Of a DNA stretch of 64,000 nucleotides, positions 12,836 through 25,100 are shown piece by piece. Positions within the stretch are counted from its first letter, which is position 1. Each line of letters starts with the position of its first letter. This stretch comes from Lingula anatina (lineage: Eukaryota > Animalia > Brachiopoda). The stretch is taken from positions 44,770,401 to 44,834,400 of the forward strand of contig CM120641.1 of assembly GCA_051362555.1 (NCBI GenBank), in the 5' to 3' direction. The notes below the pieces were generated by a model. It was not told the origin of the DNA. It saw nothing but the letters and a program-made list of their open reading frames with translations, and did not search any database. Position numbers and translations under genes: made by a program.

Positions 12836-13000
12836 TTATTTTTTCCCATGAAGCTTTGCGCGTACTAAGGACAAGCGATAATTTTCTCTTAAAAGACGTT
12901 CTAAATGCCATTTATGCTGAGATAATAAGCTCCTTTGTGATGTGACTTAACACCTGTTTGAAATATCCTATTTAATTATTTCCATTTCAGTTCAATTTAG

Positions 13001-13154
13001 GGGGCCGTAGCAATAGTCCGAAGGTTCATTGGTCCGATAGTTCACCACAGAACCTTCCAATGAACCCTTGCTTAAAAAACCGATGAAAATGTTACCGTTT
13101 TTCGGACCAATGAACCTTCGGACCAATGAACCTTCGGACTATCGAGACGCCCCC
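13001..13154. mobile_element. MITE of the same family as 322-479, in opposite orientation
   Basis: GGGGCCGTAGCAATAGTCCGAAGG...CCTTCGGACTATCGAGACGCCCCC. TSD CAATTTAG at 12993-13000 and 13155-13162. Tandem TTCGGACCAATGAACC units inside. Confidence 0.85.
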
Positions 13155-13354
13155 CAATTTAGACCGACATTTATTATAAGCCGAATTTTATTCGAATTTA
13201 TCAACCCTAAAAAAGTTTTAAAAAAGATCGAGAGAGAGAGAGCGTTATAGGGCCTACACGGATATATAGGTCTATTTTACTTTTATATTTTATTAAAAGT
13301 AACGAGCCGTAGAATAGTTTGTCAAAGTGGAAGTTTACTTACATATCAGTCTAG

Positions 13355-13671
13355 CAGTGGCTGATTTAGGGGGAGTGGTCTGTCAGGGGGTCCTGAACCT
13401 CTCCGCCCCCCCCCCCCTTCGATTTCTGAAAAAATCACACCAATGGTCCCCTCTTGAAATTAGAATTTTGACTAGCTGAATTATAGTTCTAAACCGTAAA
13501 AAATGGCACCGTTCGCCCTCTAAAATACCAAAAATTTCGGGACCTTTCAGCGGGCCCCGAACTCCACGCCAAGGGGGAAGTGGGGGGGGGGGGGGGGCGC
13601 CCGGGGGGGGGTTTAAGGGTCGGCTTCGCATCCGCGGACCCCCCCTTCAAATAATCCTGGATCCGCCCCTA
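13355..13671. mobile_element. GC-rich non-autonomous DNA element (CAGGGGCGGATCCAG-type ends), degenerate
   Basis: CAGTGGCTGATTTAGG...CCTGGATCCGCCCCTA termini and G/C runs. No clean TSD. Confidence 0.55.
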
Positions 13672-14805
13672 AGTCTTGCAACTTAAATCAATGAAGAAAT
13701 TATTACTAGTCTCAGCAAATGTCTAGAATGCTTAATTTAGATAACACAACAATTAGGCCTAGCTTTCGCAGCGTCGCCCGGGCCTTAAAAATTGAAAAAA
13801 TCACCTGACTACTTACCCAATTAATATGCTAGCTGCGGGTCCTAATTAAAATTTTTAGTTGTTAGGCCCTATATTTTTTTGTAATATTTTTACAATTTTA
13901 TTTGAATGAAATAAAATCTTCAATTCAGTAACATCCATGACTAGCTAGACGATATGGTGACAGGGCACCATTCTCTTAGAAAGTAATTTGGAAGACATTC
14001 GTTACCAGGCATAGTGAAAAAATATCCCTGAAGTTAAGAACAAAATGTAATGATTAGTAAAATAAAAAACGTGCATCTCGAGATACATACAACCTATCTT
14101 TTAGACGCAGTCTAATTTTTGCTAGCATTAAAAACGTGCAAATATTATCCAAAAGGGTTATTATTTTCACACCGTTCGTTTCTCAAGCCTTCGTTACTGA
14201 ATAGGCCTATATAAAAACTGTGCATGCTATCATGGGAATCGGAAAATGTTTGCATGTTGTACACAAACAAGCTATACCGGCAGGCCTAAAGACCTAGTAA
14301 AGTTCATTCGATTTGCACCTTTAAATTATTCGTGATAAATATGAAGTCCCGTAAAAAACAATGGCATTTCAGAAACAGAATACATAAGGAATACAAATTT
14401 TGCTTCTTTATTTTTTGAAATGTACAAGCCAAAATAACAGATAAACAAACATTAAGTTGCTGTTCATATACATAAAATGGACTGAAAAAATCACGCCAAA
14501 GAGAAGAGGAGACGAAGAGGATTCTATAGCACAATCACAGGTGGCAAACGAGCTGGTACACCGATTCCTTTGACTAATTTTAAAAGACTCAAATTTGCAC
14601 AATCTTTTCCACCATATACAATGAAAAGTGTATAATTTGTCATATCTATAGCTAGATATCTATTATGATGTTTATGTGAGCTAGAAATCCATTACAAACT
14701 TGCCATTTTTTGCTCACAACTTGATTGTGTTTGCCTCCTCCACCCATTAAACATAAAAAAATAATAAAACTTTACAATGGAAAAACTGACTCCCTCTATT
14801 CGACG

Positions 14806-16035
14806 CTATCTCTTTTGTGATTTTTTTGCACCTGTCTGTTTGTCAAATTCCTTCACAGCAGAAATAGCTTTCAACACCGATGTAAACTGATTATTCCTTT
14901 TTTGTCTTGCAAAAGCTTTCGTTTTAACAGTAATCGACATCAGTTCTGAGAGGTTTTCTTTACTGGTATGTTTGCTTTTGTAAGAATTCCAGCGGGATAA
15001 CAGTTTCGTAAATTCTTTATCTTTACTTTTTACGTCCGACAACTGCGGCAGGCTGTGTCGCTTACGTTCAGTTTGGTTGTCTTTTTTCTCCGTTGAATTT
15101 TGGGATTGCTCTTGGTTCTCATCTTCTTCAGGAATATCCGGAACATGACCAAGCTGTGCCGGGGCGTGGAGAAAAGCGGCCCCTTTTGATTTCATGTGTG
15201 CTATGGAGGGTAGTTTCATCTTCTTGAGGGTTATTATAGCTTTCTTTAATCCTTCGCTTTTTCCATAAAGTGATATAGTCGATGAATATGGCATAGGTCG
15301 CGCCTTGCTCATGTAATTACCTTCAAACAACACATTCCCCTTTTTCTGTTTAGCATTAAATTCGTTTTGAGATTCCACAAACTTTCCAATTTTGGACTGT
15401 AAGGTTTGTTTTTCTGTTCTTTTTGGTAGTTTTGGAAGAGCTGGCAAGACAAAAGTTTCTTCTTGAATTCGAGGAAGATTGGGCTCAAAGTCACAATTTT
15501 GCGTTATGAACAAGGTCGATGCACTTTCACTTGAATCTTGGCTGCTTAATACTTCAAGAGTTCCTTGTTGTTCTTCGAGACATTCGCTCCCCGACAACGT
15601 GTCCGGCAAGCAATTTAGTGACGTGCAACGATCTGGCAAGTAAGAGCCAGACTCTTGCTGTGCTTTCGTGTACGTTATATCCGACATACTGTAACTTTTC
15701 TTACCGCTTCTTCGAACAGTTGTGGGTATTTCTTCATTTTCTAAAACGTTGGCTACAAAATCTGCGATTTCGTCCAGTGTGTGATCCTCTAAAATTTCCT
15801 CCTGCCTGTCTTCTATTTTCACTTTCTTCGACTCGACTTTTTTAGAATCGATGTTAATATCTCGCAGACGACTCTTTTCTTCTACTTTTATGGCAAACTG
15901 ATCTAACATCCCTTTGCTCTCACATGTTTTGTGTGCAAGTAAATAACTTCTATTTTTCTCTGCCGTGCGAGAAAATTTCAGATCATAATACAATGTGCTT
16001 TCTTCTGTCTGTTCGTCAAGGTTATTAATCGGCAT
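14806..16035 (-). CDS. Intronless uncharacterised 409-aa Lys/Ser/Glu-rich protein
   Basis: A 1230-nt ORF in otherwise stop-dense DNA. AAGATGC start context, an in-frame stop about 21 codons upstream, and no domain I recognise. Confidence 0.75.
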   Translation of the reverse strand: MPINNLDEQTEESTLYYDLKFSRTAEKNRSYLLAHKTCESKGMLDQFAIKVEEKSRLRDINIDSKKVESKKVKIEDRQEEILEDHTLDEIADFVANVLENEEIPTTVRRSGKKSYSMSDITYTKAQQESGSYLPDRCTSLNCLPDTLSGSECLEEQQGTLEVLSSQDSSESASTLFITQNCDFEPNLPRIQEETFVLPALPKLPKRTEKQTLQSKIGKFVESQNEFNAKQKKGNVLFEGNYMSKARPMPYSSTISLYGKSEGLKKAIITLKKMKLPSIAHMKSKGAAFLHAPAQLGHVPDIPEEDENQEQSQNSTEKKDNQTERKRHSLPQLSDVKSKDKEFTKLLSRWNSYKSKHTSKENLSELMSITVKTKAFARQKRNNQFTSVLKAISAVKEFDKQTGAKKSQKR

Positions 16036-17760
16036 CTTGTCGTTTAAGTAGAACGGAGAAAAAGTCCCTTTATCCTTGCAAACTTTAAACAGGCTCTATG
16101 CTTTTTCCGAAAACGTTAATCGTAATTATGCATCTTTATGTCCAAGACAAGAATAACAGCGAATGTCACAGAGCATCTTTCGAATACATATATTGTAGAA
16201 GCAGGGACTTGTCTCTTGAGCTTCATTTCGTTTAATACCAGTAAGTATTTCTCATCAAAAGCGGTAGCCAAGGAAGCGCTCTGGCGACATTGTAAAGGTG
16301 CACCAAACCCACGGAGCAGTGCAAATATCACAACAAATGAAAGCGCGCATGATTGTTGTTCTTGTCATACGAAATGACCCGGAGTATATTTAGCTAAGCA
16401 AGGTGTCCAAATGTTTTCACACACATTGCATGCGATCTGCTAACATTTAGTTTCTAATGGGTTGGTATATGATAACAAATATCAATATTTAAAGATACAT
16501 ATTAAGCGAGTAGACATGTCAAATTAATAATATACCCGACCAAATAGTCTGAAATATTTTAACTAAAAATTGGGTTTCGTTGCATTATTTTCTTTCGTGC
16601 CATTTTTGCGATGCAATACGAACTGTAGTGACGGATAAGGCCAATATTATGAGCAGAAATTTAAAGGTGCATTTTTAAGTTTTAAATCCTTTTTCAGCTG
16701 ACTGAGTAATAAACTAGGGTTATTTTTATTTCTTTATTATTTTTTTTAGCAGGTGAATTTTGAGGTGCGTAAGAAACTGGTACTAGTAGTTTGTTTGCGC
16801 CACAGGGAATTTACACACCTGTATTTTCGCTTGTTATGCACCTTTAACACGCTGGAACGCTTCATTGCTATTACAGAATCTCATCACCAAAGCTAGTCTC
16901 CATCTCGTGCTATATTTTAGAAGATAAGGGCAGCATAACTTACAGCTGGACTTGGGCATTGCCTTCAATAAATAAAGGTTTAACTTTTTTTCAGTTTTCA
17001 AAAACATTTCCGTACAAATTTCCGATACCCAGAACTGTATGAGAACATTCATGCAACAGAATCACCTATAAAAAATTTCAATAAAATTTGGCTTCATGTT
17101 TGTAGAAAGGTCAAGTATGTGTACCTCACGGATCTGATTTTTTTTTGTCAGGACTTCTCCACTTCATTAATTTCTACACTGAAAGATGAATACAGCATCT
17201 AAGTGGTCCTGTATGCACAAATACTTATGCTGATATATATATTCAGTCCCCTGCTGTATACAAATATAATAAAATCTGCTCAAAACAGTTCATTCTAATC
17301 CTCCAATCCACCATGAAAACACACTGCTCTGCCTTAGTGCCCAGTATATTTTTATCTTTTTTTCCCCCTATTATAATTTCTATTGCCGTAGGGCTATGCT
17401 GTACTGTTGGCAGTGTGCAAATAATTACTTTATCATTAGAGAATGAGTAAAAACGTGAGCTTTATAACAATCGACATGTCTTTTTATTTGATACACAATA
17501 AATTACTGTCCCAGTGTGTTGTCAGAGATTAAAATTCAAATGCACAAATAACAATCTAAACACATGAGTCCTTCAGTAACACATCTATGTAGAGTGTGTG
17601 ATTCTATTCAGTGGTCTTGACAAGAACAAACCATCAATGTGATCCTGCATATCAACTAGCAATGTTTTTCATTACAAAATCTAGTCACAGAAAATGAGGC
17701 TTCAAAACAACAGACGTATTGTCAAGACTTTACATGGTTTAAAATTTCAGTAGTCCCCTC

Positions 17761-19083
17761 TCAGTTATAATATGGTTCGCTTGGATTGTCTACATCTTCT
17801 CTTCTTACAACTGGAAAAAAAACAAACATAATTATGAATACACTGCCAATGTTATTCAAACACAAATGATCAACTAGACAGCAAAGCTTGCAAACATACA
17901 GACACCAAAGAAGGAAATAAAAAAGAAACATTGCAACAATACTTACCCCCCCCCCCCCCCAAAAAAAAATTATGTATAAAAATAATCCAATCATATTGAT
18001 TTTGTTTGCCTTTTACTAAACAAGGCAACTCAGCAAATTTGTATTTAAAAAAAAATAATAAACATTGCCAAATCACAATGACACAAGTAAAAATAATCAT
18101 ATCATACTAATTTTCAAAAGATCCCTTTTTCACCACACAAAGTCACTCAGTACACACGAAGTAAAACAAATTTATGGTTTGGCAGTAACAGGGTTAACAA
18201 CAGATGTCTTAGACAGCAATGACAATGACAGAAATTGAGATTAAAATACAAACAGACTCATACAGTATCATAAAACAGGCCTAAACAAATGATTTTTTAA
18301 TATTTTTAAACCCACCAGTCTATCATTTTAAGACTGTAAGTCAATATACTTGAAGTTAATATCCAAGAGGACCGTTCAAAAAGTTCTTGGATCCCATTCT
18401 GGTCTACATGGATCGACCCAAGTCTTGACAAGTGCAATCAGCTTAACTGAATGACACACCTCCTCTTGTTTCCAACAAACTTGTAAAATCACCTGCTTTT
18501 CTGAATTCTACTTATGCTACGAGGAAGTGTGTCTTTCAGTTAAGCTCACTGCAGTCAGTCTCAGAGTCCCTTCAGAGTTTGGTCTATCCATGTGGATTAT
18601 GTCAATGGGAATGGGGCCTTGGTTTCAGCCAGAAAAAAAAAACAAACTTGTTGGTTTTACTGATATATTTTACCATTCATTCAGACTTGATATTCAAGTT
18701 TCATCAATTGCACTCAATAATGTATCTAAGTGACATTTTACCTGTATATGTCCTTACGTATTTAAAATTCTTCAATTTATAGTTAGCTTCATCTTCAAAC
18801 ATATCTTTCTTCCAAAAGTAGTATGCAATACAACCTAGAAAAAAAATGAGAACAAATCACGCTTTGAATAAACCAACTAAAATCATTATGATGAATGACT
18901 TCTGCTGAGATTTAACCTGTTTAATTGTGGAGTGTGGCGCGTGTGGAGCCAGGAAGATCATAAGAGGATTAGGCAGCCTCGCTCTCAAGTGGGTCGGCCA
19001 TATTTGATCCACAGATCAGTAAGTGCACGGATCAACTTGTTCTGAATGCACTCACAGTAGTTGTGAAATAATGCACCTCCTTT

Positions 19084-19137
<54 letters not shown>

Positions 19138-22100
19138 AGTAATGCAAATAATAAACTAACAAGGCAGCAAAGCTGTCAAATGTACAGACAAAAAGCAGAC
19201 AATAACAATGCACAAAACAGGCTACTGTCAATTCTGATGCAAAAGTACATTATGCTTAACTGCAAATTCAACATCAAATTTTAATTATGCTCAACAGGTA
19301 ATACCAATGTAAGTGAAATGTGTAACAAGCGTAAGGATTCAGGCCCATGGGAGTTTAAGTTCACACTTTGAAAATGCCAGAATGAGAAAAATGAAAATTT
19401 CACATAAAACTGCTTAAATTCAATAATAAATGATAACCCATTTGAGCTGGCTTTCTAATTTGAACTGCATGCCAATCCTACAAATCGTACTTGAAAGTTG
19501 AAAATAATAATAAGTAACATAGTTTTCTTTTCATAATGTTTGTAGTAGCAGTGCAAAAAGATTTTTGTCAATTTTGATGTAACATTACATAATAAATTAC
19601 AGAATAATTATCACCAATTTTTGATTATTGACTACAAATAGCATGGACATGTAGAAAATTTGATTACCATTTGGCTTCATGTCCATGGGAGCTTCGAGTC
19701 CCACAATGAATATGCCAACATGATAAAAATGAATATTTCACTAAAATGTATAACTTCCAGAAAAAGAAGCCAATTAGACTGCTTTTCCAACTCAGGCTGC
19801 ATTTTAGTCCTTTGTTTCTTTTTTGAAAGTTTGACACTCATAAGTAACATGGTTTTCCCATAATGGTCATCATGGCAGCAGCAACCAAAATTGTGTTTTC
19901 TTCTATTTTAATGCAATATTACATAATGCTTAACAGCATAATGACCATCAGTTTTTAATAATAAAAGATCCGTATCGTGGATTTTCAGAAAATGTGACTA
20001 GCATGGGTCTTCAAGCCCGTGGAGGTTCTAAGTCACACCTTGAAAATGCCAACATGTGAAAAATTAAATTTTCACAAAAAGCTGATTAACTGCCAAAAAA
20101 AATTACCAAATAGTCTGCATTGCCCACTGAAGCTTTATTTAAGTCCCATGTTTCTTCTTGTAAGTTTGAGAACAGTAAGTGACATGGTTTTCCTTAAATG
20201 GTCATCATGGGAGCAGTGTCCAAAATAGGGGTGTCTTCAAATTTTGATGCACTATTACATAATGTTTAACAGGATAATTACCATCAATTTTTAATAATAA
20301 AATATTAGTATCATGGATATTCAGAAAATGTTCCTAGCAAAGGTCTTCAGGCCAAAGGAACTTCAAAGTCACACCTTGAAAATGCCAAAATGTAGACAAG
20401 ACAGCACTGTCCTGAAATGTTTTTTTTTTCCATTTTTAACAATTTTTTAACACATAACAAAATTAACAATTTACTGCCATTTATATATGATCAACTAAGA
20501 AAATTGATGAGATGGGAAAAATATCAATAGAACAGTGTTTAATGTCCAATTTCCTCCATTCTGAGTTTCTGAACATAGTGAATGAATGAATCTGACAAAC
20601 TGCAATGATATGAGTTTATTTCCATTTTTGAAACTCTATTATACAATACATGATAACAAGTTTACCATCATTTTTAAATAATCAACTAACAATGTTGTAA
20701 AGATGCAGGAAATGTCAAACAAACACTTTTACGAATCTTATTAGTTAAATAATGAGACTGTTAACATGCCTAAGTATTGAATCTGAGGAAATGTTTAAAA
20801 ACAGCATAACTTATAAAATAATGCCCCGATTATGCTGATTTTCGAACTTGACCTGCATTTTAGTAAGATTGATTACTCCTGTGAGTTTCATGACAACAGG
20901 TCTATCGGTTTTCCTTGAAATGTGTTAACAGTGTTGCACATATGCTGAAAAGTGAAAAAAACAGCATAACTACTAAAATAATGGCCCGATCATGCCGATT
21001 TTCGAACTTGATCTGCGTTTTAGTAAGATTAATTACTCCTGTGAGTTTCATGACAACAGGCCTATCGGTTTTCCTTGAAATGTGTTAACAGTGTTGCATA
21101 TATGCTAAAAAGTGAAAACACAGCATAAATACTACAATAATTGCCCAAACATGCTGATTTTCGAACTTGACCTGTGTTTTATGAATATTCATCAGCTCTG
21201 TAAATATAAAGCCAAAAAGTAAAACTGTCTTCCACTTATCGTGTTAACGATGAAAGTGCACGGCGACGGCGACGGCGACATCGACGGCGACAGGGACGGC
21301 GACGACAGACGCAGGTGATGGCAATATGTACAGACACATCTGTGTCTGTACATAATAAAAAAACTGCATTCTTCCTGTATTGCACTTAGTAAGCTCTACA
21401 AAATGCATGAAAGTAAGAAGTCTTTGGCTTTTAAGGTGCCAAAATTGGTTTTAAACATTAGCATGTAATGGCTGTATTCCCTAACATTGACCAACTGACC
21501 CAAAACTCAAACAGATAAAAGGAGACCTCAGTGTAGGTTCTTGCAATAAAATAGAAAGTGCATAGGTCTAAAGAGCTTCTAGAAATCAACATCAATTTTT
21601 TATATTTAAATTCAAGATATCACCCCACTTGACTTTGAAATATAGCCAAAGGTCAAAATTAATGTTAGATTTGAAATTACCAGTTGACCATCAGTCAGAC
21701 TTCTGGGGTAACTTTTCCCATATTTCCATCATTCTAGGAGACATTTCACTTTTGAATATCTTTGATATGGCTGAATTATTCCATATGTCACATCTATGCA
21801 AATGAACCTACCTAACCCAACATCTGGGTGAAATCAGTAGAAATTAATTTCAAACACAAGGACAGGTCTCAGTTATGAACAAGTAAATGTGTTAACAGAG
21901 AGTTGTATACTAGTACAACAACAACAAACAGAAATCATGCCAGGCAACATAGCTGTGGTGGCACCACAAATACTTACCTGCAGTAGAAACAATTGTACTG
22001 AATGTTAATGCCGGCAACTCATAAAAGTAATCCTTTAAAGTGTCACGTTCTGAAAATGAAGCAATATCAAAATTACAGTAAAGTATATTATGTTGCTTGA

Positions 22101-25100
22101 CACATTTTTCAAGTAGTTGCAAAGCTACAATTCATTAGGTACATTTTAATTAATTTAAAACATTGCAACCAAAAGGATGATATTATACAGATAAATGAGT
22201 TCAAATAAAAATTATAAAATAAAACATTTACTTAACAAAGAATTTACATCAAGATCAAATTAAGTTCGAAATAAAACACAGACGACTAACAGTTAGGAAA
22301 AAAAATTGTGAAGGTTGTCCAAATGAGCAAGGTCTATTGTTTTCAAATTTAAAAAGGGATTTATTTCATTTAAAGGATACCAACTGTTCATTTTGGCCAA
22401 AAAGTGAATTTCCCTAGGGTAAATTCCCCATACTTAACATTGGTTGATGAATCCATTTCTACATTCAAAGTCCCCGTTTTTTTTCTCACAAGTTTTTTTT
22501 TTTTTGTAATAATTATAATTATAATTATTTCAGAGCATAGCCATCTATGGTCAGGTGGCAAGCACAGAATTCAGATTAATTGCAATAACTGCCATTTTGG
22601 TGGTAAAGTAGGATATATAATAATTTTGTAAGTTGTTTACAATGCATTTATTGTGTAATATTGATCTCATAAGAAGAGTTGTTATCCCTTTAAGGTACTC
22701 TTTACAGAATACACCTGAGAAAATGAATTTTCCTCTGGAAAAAGAGCAATTTTCTCCTAATCACACATAATTGCTTGACCTGTCGATGCACTTGGAAACT
22801 TAATGTTTTATTCCAATTAATTAAAATAAATGATTTAGATCTAAAAGACTGGTCATTCATTAATTAAAATGCCATTCCGTACTGCACATTTTAGAACATC
22901 AACTTTGTTAAAATTATGATTCCTTTGGACAGATATGCAGCTTTACATAAACACAGGTACTTACACTACAGATAAAACCCTTTTATATTTTGTAGTCCAA
23001 ATAATGAACACCACATTACTTATTAATCATTCAAAAATTATTCATGTAAAACCTAGCATCATAGTACAAGTTGGTCCAAAAATTACCACGATTATCAATA
23101 ACGCGGTTTCTGTTCATTGACAGTTATTCAGGAGGGAACATGTGGTTACAATTTCAACAGAAAACAGGTTTCCTATTCATGTTCTGATTGAATTAGATAC
23201 ATTTTGCCTTAGACCCCATTCCCAGAGATTAGATCGATCCAACTAGATCGACCTAACTCCCTGGGGGTTAACGCTTAATAGCTGTCAGCCGAGCGGGTAC
23301 GAAAGTTAATTACCCCCTTATAGCTTGTAGTAGGCGGGACAGACATTTAAGCCAGATTATGTGACAGTAATCTAGTGAGACTGCCCACGGGGATAGATCG
23401 ATCGAAAATCTACGTGAATGCGAACTTAGACCCCATTTCCATAGCGCTCGGCTGACTGCAATTTAACGTGAACCCCCAGGGAGTTAGATCAATCTAAATC
23501 TTAATCTCTGGATCGATCTAAATCTCTGGGAATACACCCTTAGTGACGGTCTGCGCTCTTGAGGTGCTCTTTGGTTCTGATTTTAGACTCAATTGATGAC
23601 GGTGCCGCACACTATGGCAAATACCTCGACTAGTCTAGACCAAAATATATTGAAAAATTCTTTACTCTGAATATGGGAAATGAAACATAAGCCATTTTAA
23701 ATTTACGTCTTTATTGTCTGACCACAGGGAGCGCTAATAGGCTATAACAAACAAGTCAGCAAAGCTGTCAAATGTACAGACAAAAAAACAGGCAATAACT
23801 ATGCAGAAAATAGGCTACTGTCAATTCTGATGCAAAAGTAAATTATGTTAAACTGCAAATTCAACATCAAATTTAAATTATGCTCAACAGGTAATACCAA
23901 TGTAAGTAAAATGTGTAACAAGTTAACACTTTGAAAATGTTTAACCTCCAGAAAAAGAAGCCAATTAGACTGCTTTTCAAACTCAGGCTGCATTTTAGTC
24001 CTGTATTTCTTTTTAGAAAGTTAGGCAATCATAAGTAACATGGTTTTCCCATAATGGTCCTCATGGCAGCAGCACGTTTTTTTCAAATTTTGATGCAATA
24101 TTACATAATGTTTAACAGCATAATGACCATCAATTTTAATAATAAAATATTAGTATTATGGATATTCAGAAAATGTGACTAGCAAAGGTCTTCAGGCCCA
24201 TGGAACTTCAAAGTCACAACAACAAAAAAAGCATAACTACTACAATAGTTGCCCCGATCATGCTGATTTTCAAACATGACCTGCGTTTTATGAATATTCA
24301 TCAGCTTTGTAAATATATAGCCAAAAAGTAAAACTGCCTTCCACTTATCGTGTTTACAATGAAAGTGCATGGCGTCGGCGACAGAGACAGTGACGGCGAC
24401 GACAGACGCAGGTGATGGCAATATGTACAGACACATCTGTGCATATTTACTGTATTGTTTGAGAACAGTAAGTGACATGGTTTTTCTTAAATGGTCATTA
24501 TGGGAGCAGTGCCCAAAATAGGTTTTTTTCAAATTTTGATGCAATATTACATAATGTTTAACAGCATAATGACCATCAATTTTTAATAATAAAATATTAG
24601 TATCATGGATATTCAGAAAATGTGACTAGCAAAGGTCTTCAGGCCCATGGAACTTCAAAGTCACAACTTGAAAATGCCAAAATGTAAACAAGACAGCACT
24701 GTTCTGAAATGGGTTTTTTTTTTTTTTTTTAACAATTTTTTGAACATAAAACAAAATTAACAGGTTACTGCCATTTTTATACGATCAACTAAGAAAATTG
24801 ATGACATGGGAAAAATATCAATACAACAGTGCTGAATGTCCAATTTCCTCCATTCTGAGATTCTGAACATAGTGAATGATTGAATCTGACAAACTGCAAT
24901 GATATGAGTTTATTTCCATTTTTGAAACTTTATTACACAATACACGATAACAAGCTTACCATCATTTTTACAAAATCAACTAATAATGTTGTAAAGATGC
25001 AGGAAATGTCAACCAAACACTTTTACATATCTTATTAGTTCAATAATGAGACTGTTAACATGCCTAAGAGTTGAATCTGAGGAAATGTGAAAAAACAGCA

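Noticed and set aside
322-13154. Composite transposon carrying HGSNAT between two inverted MITEs
   Set aside because: Each MITE has its own distinct TSD, indicating independent insertions.
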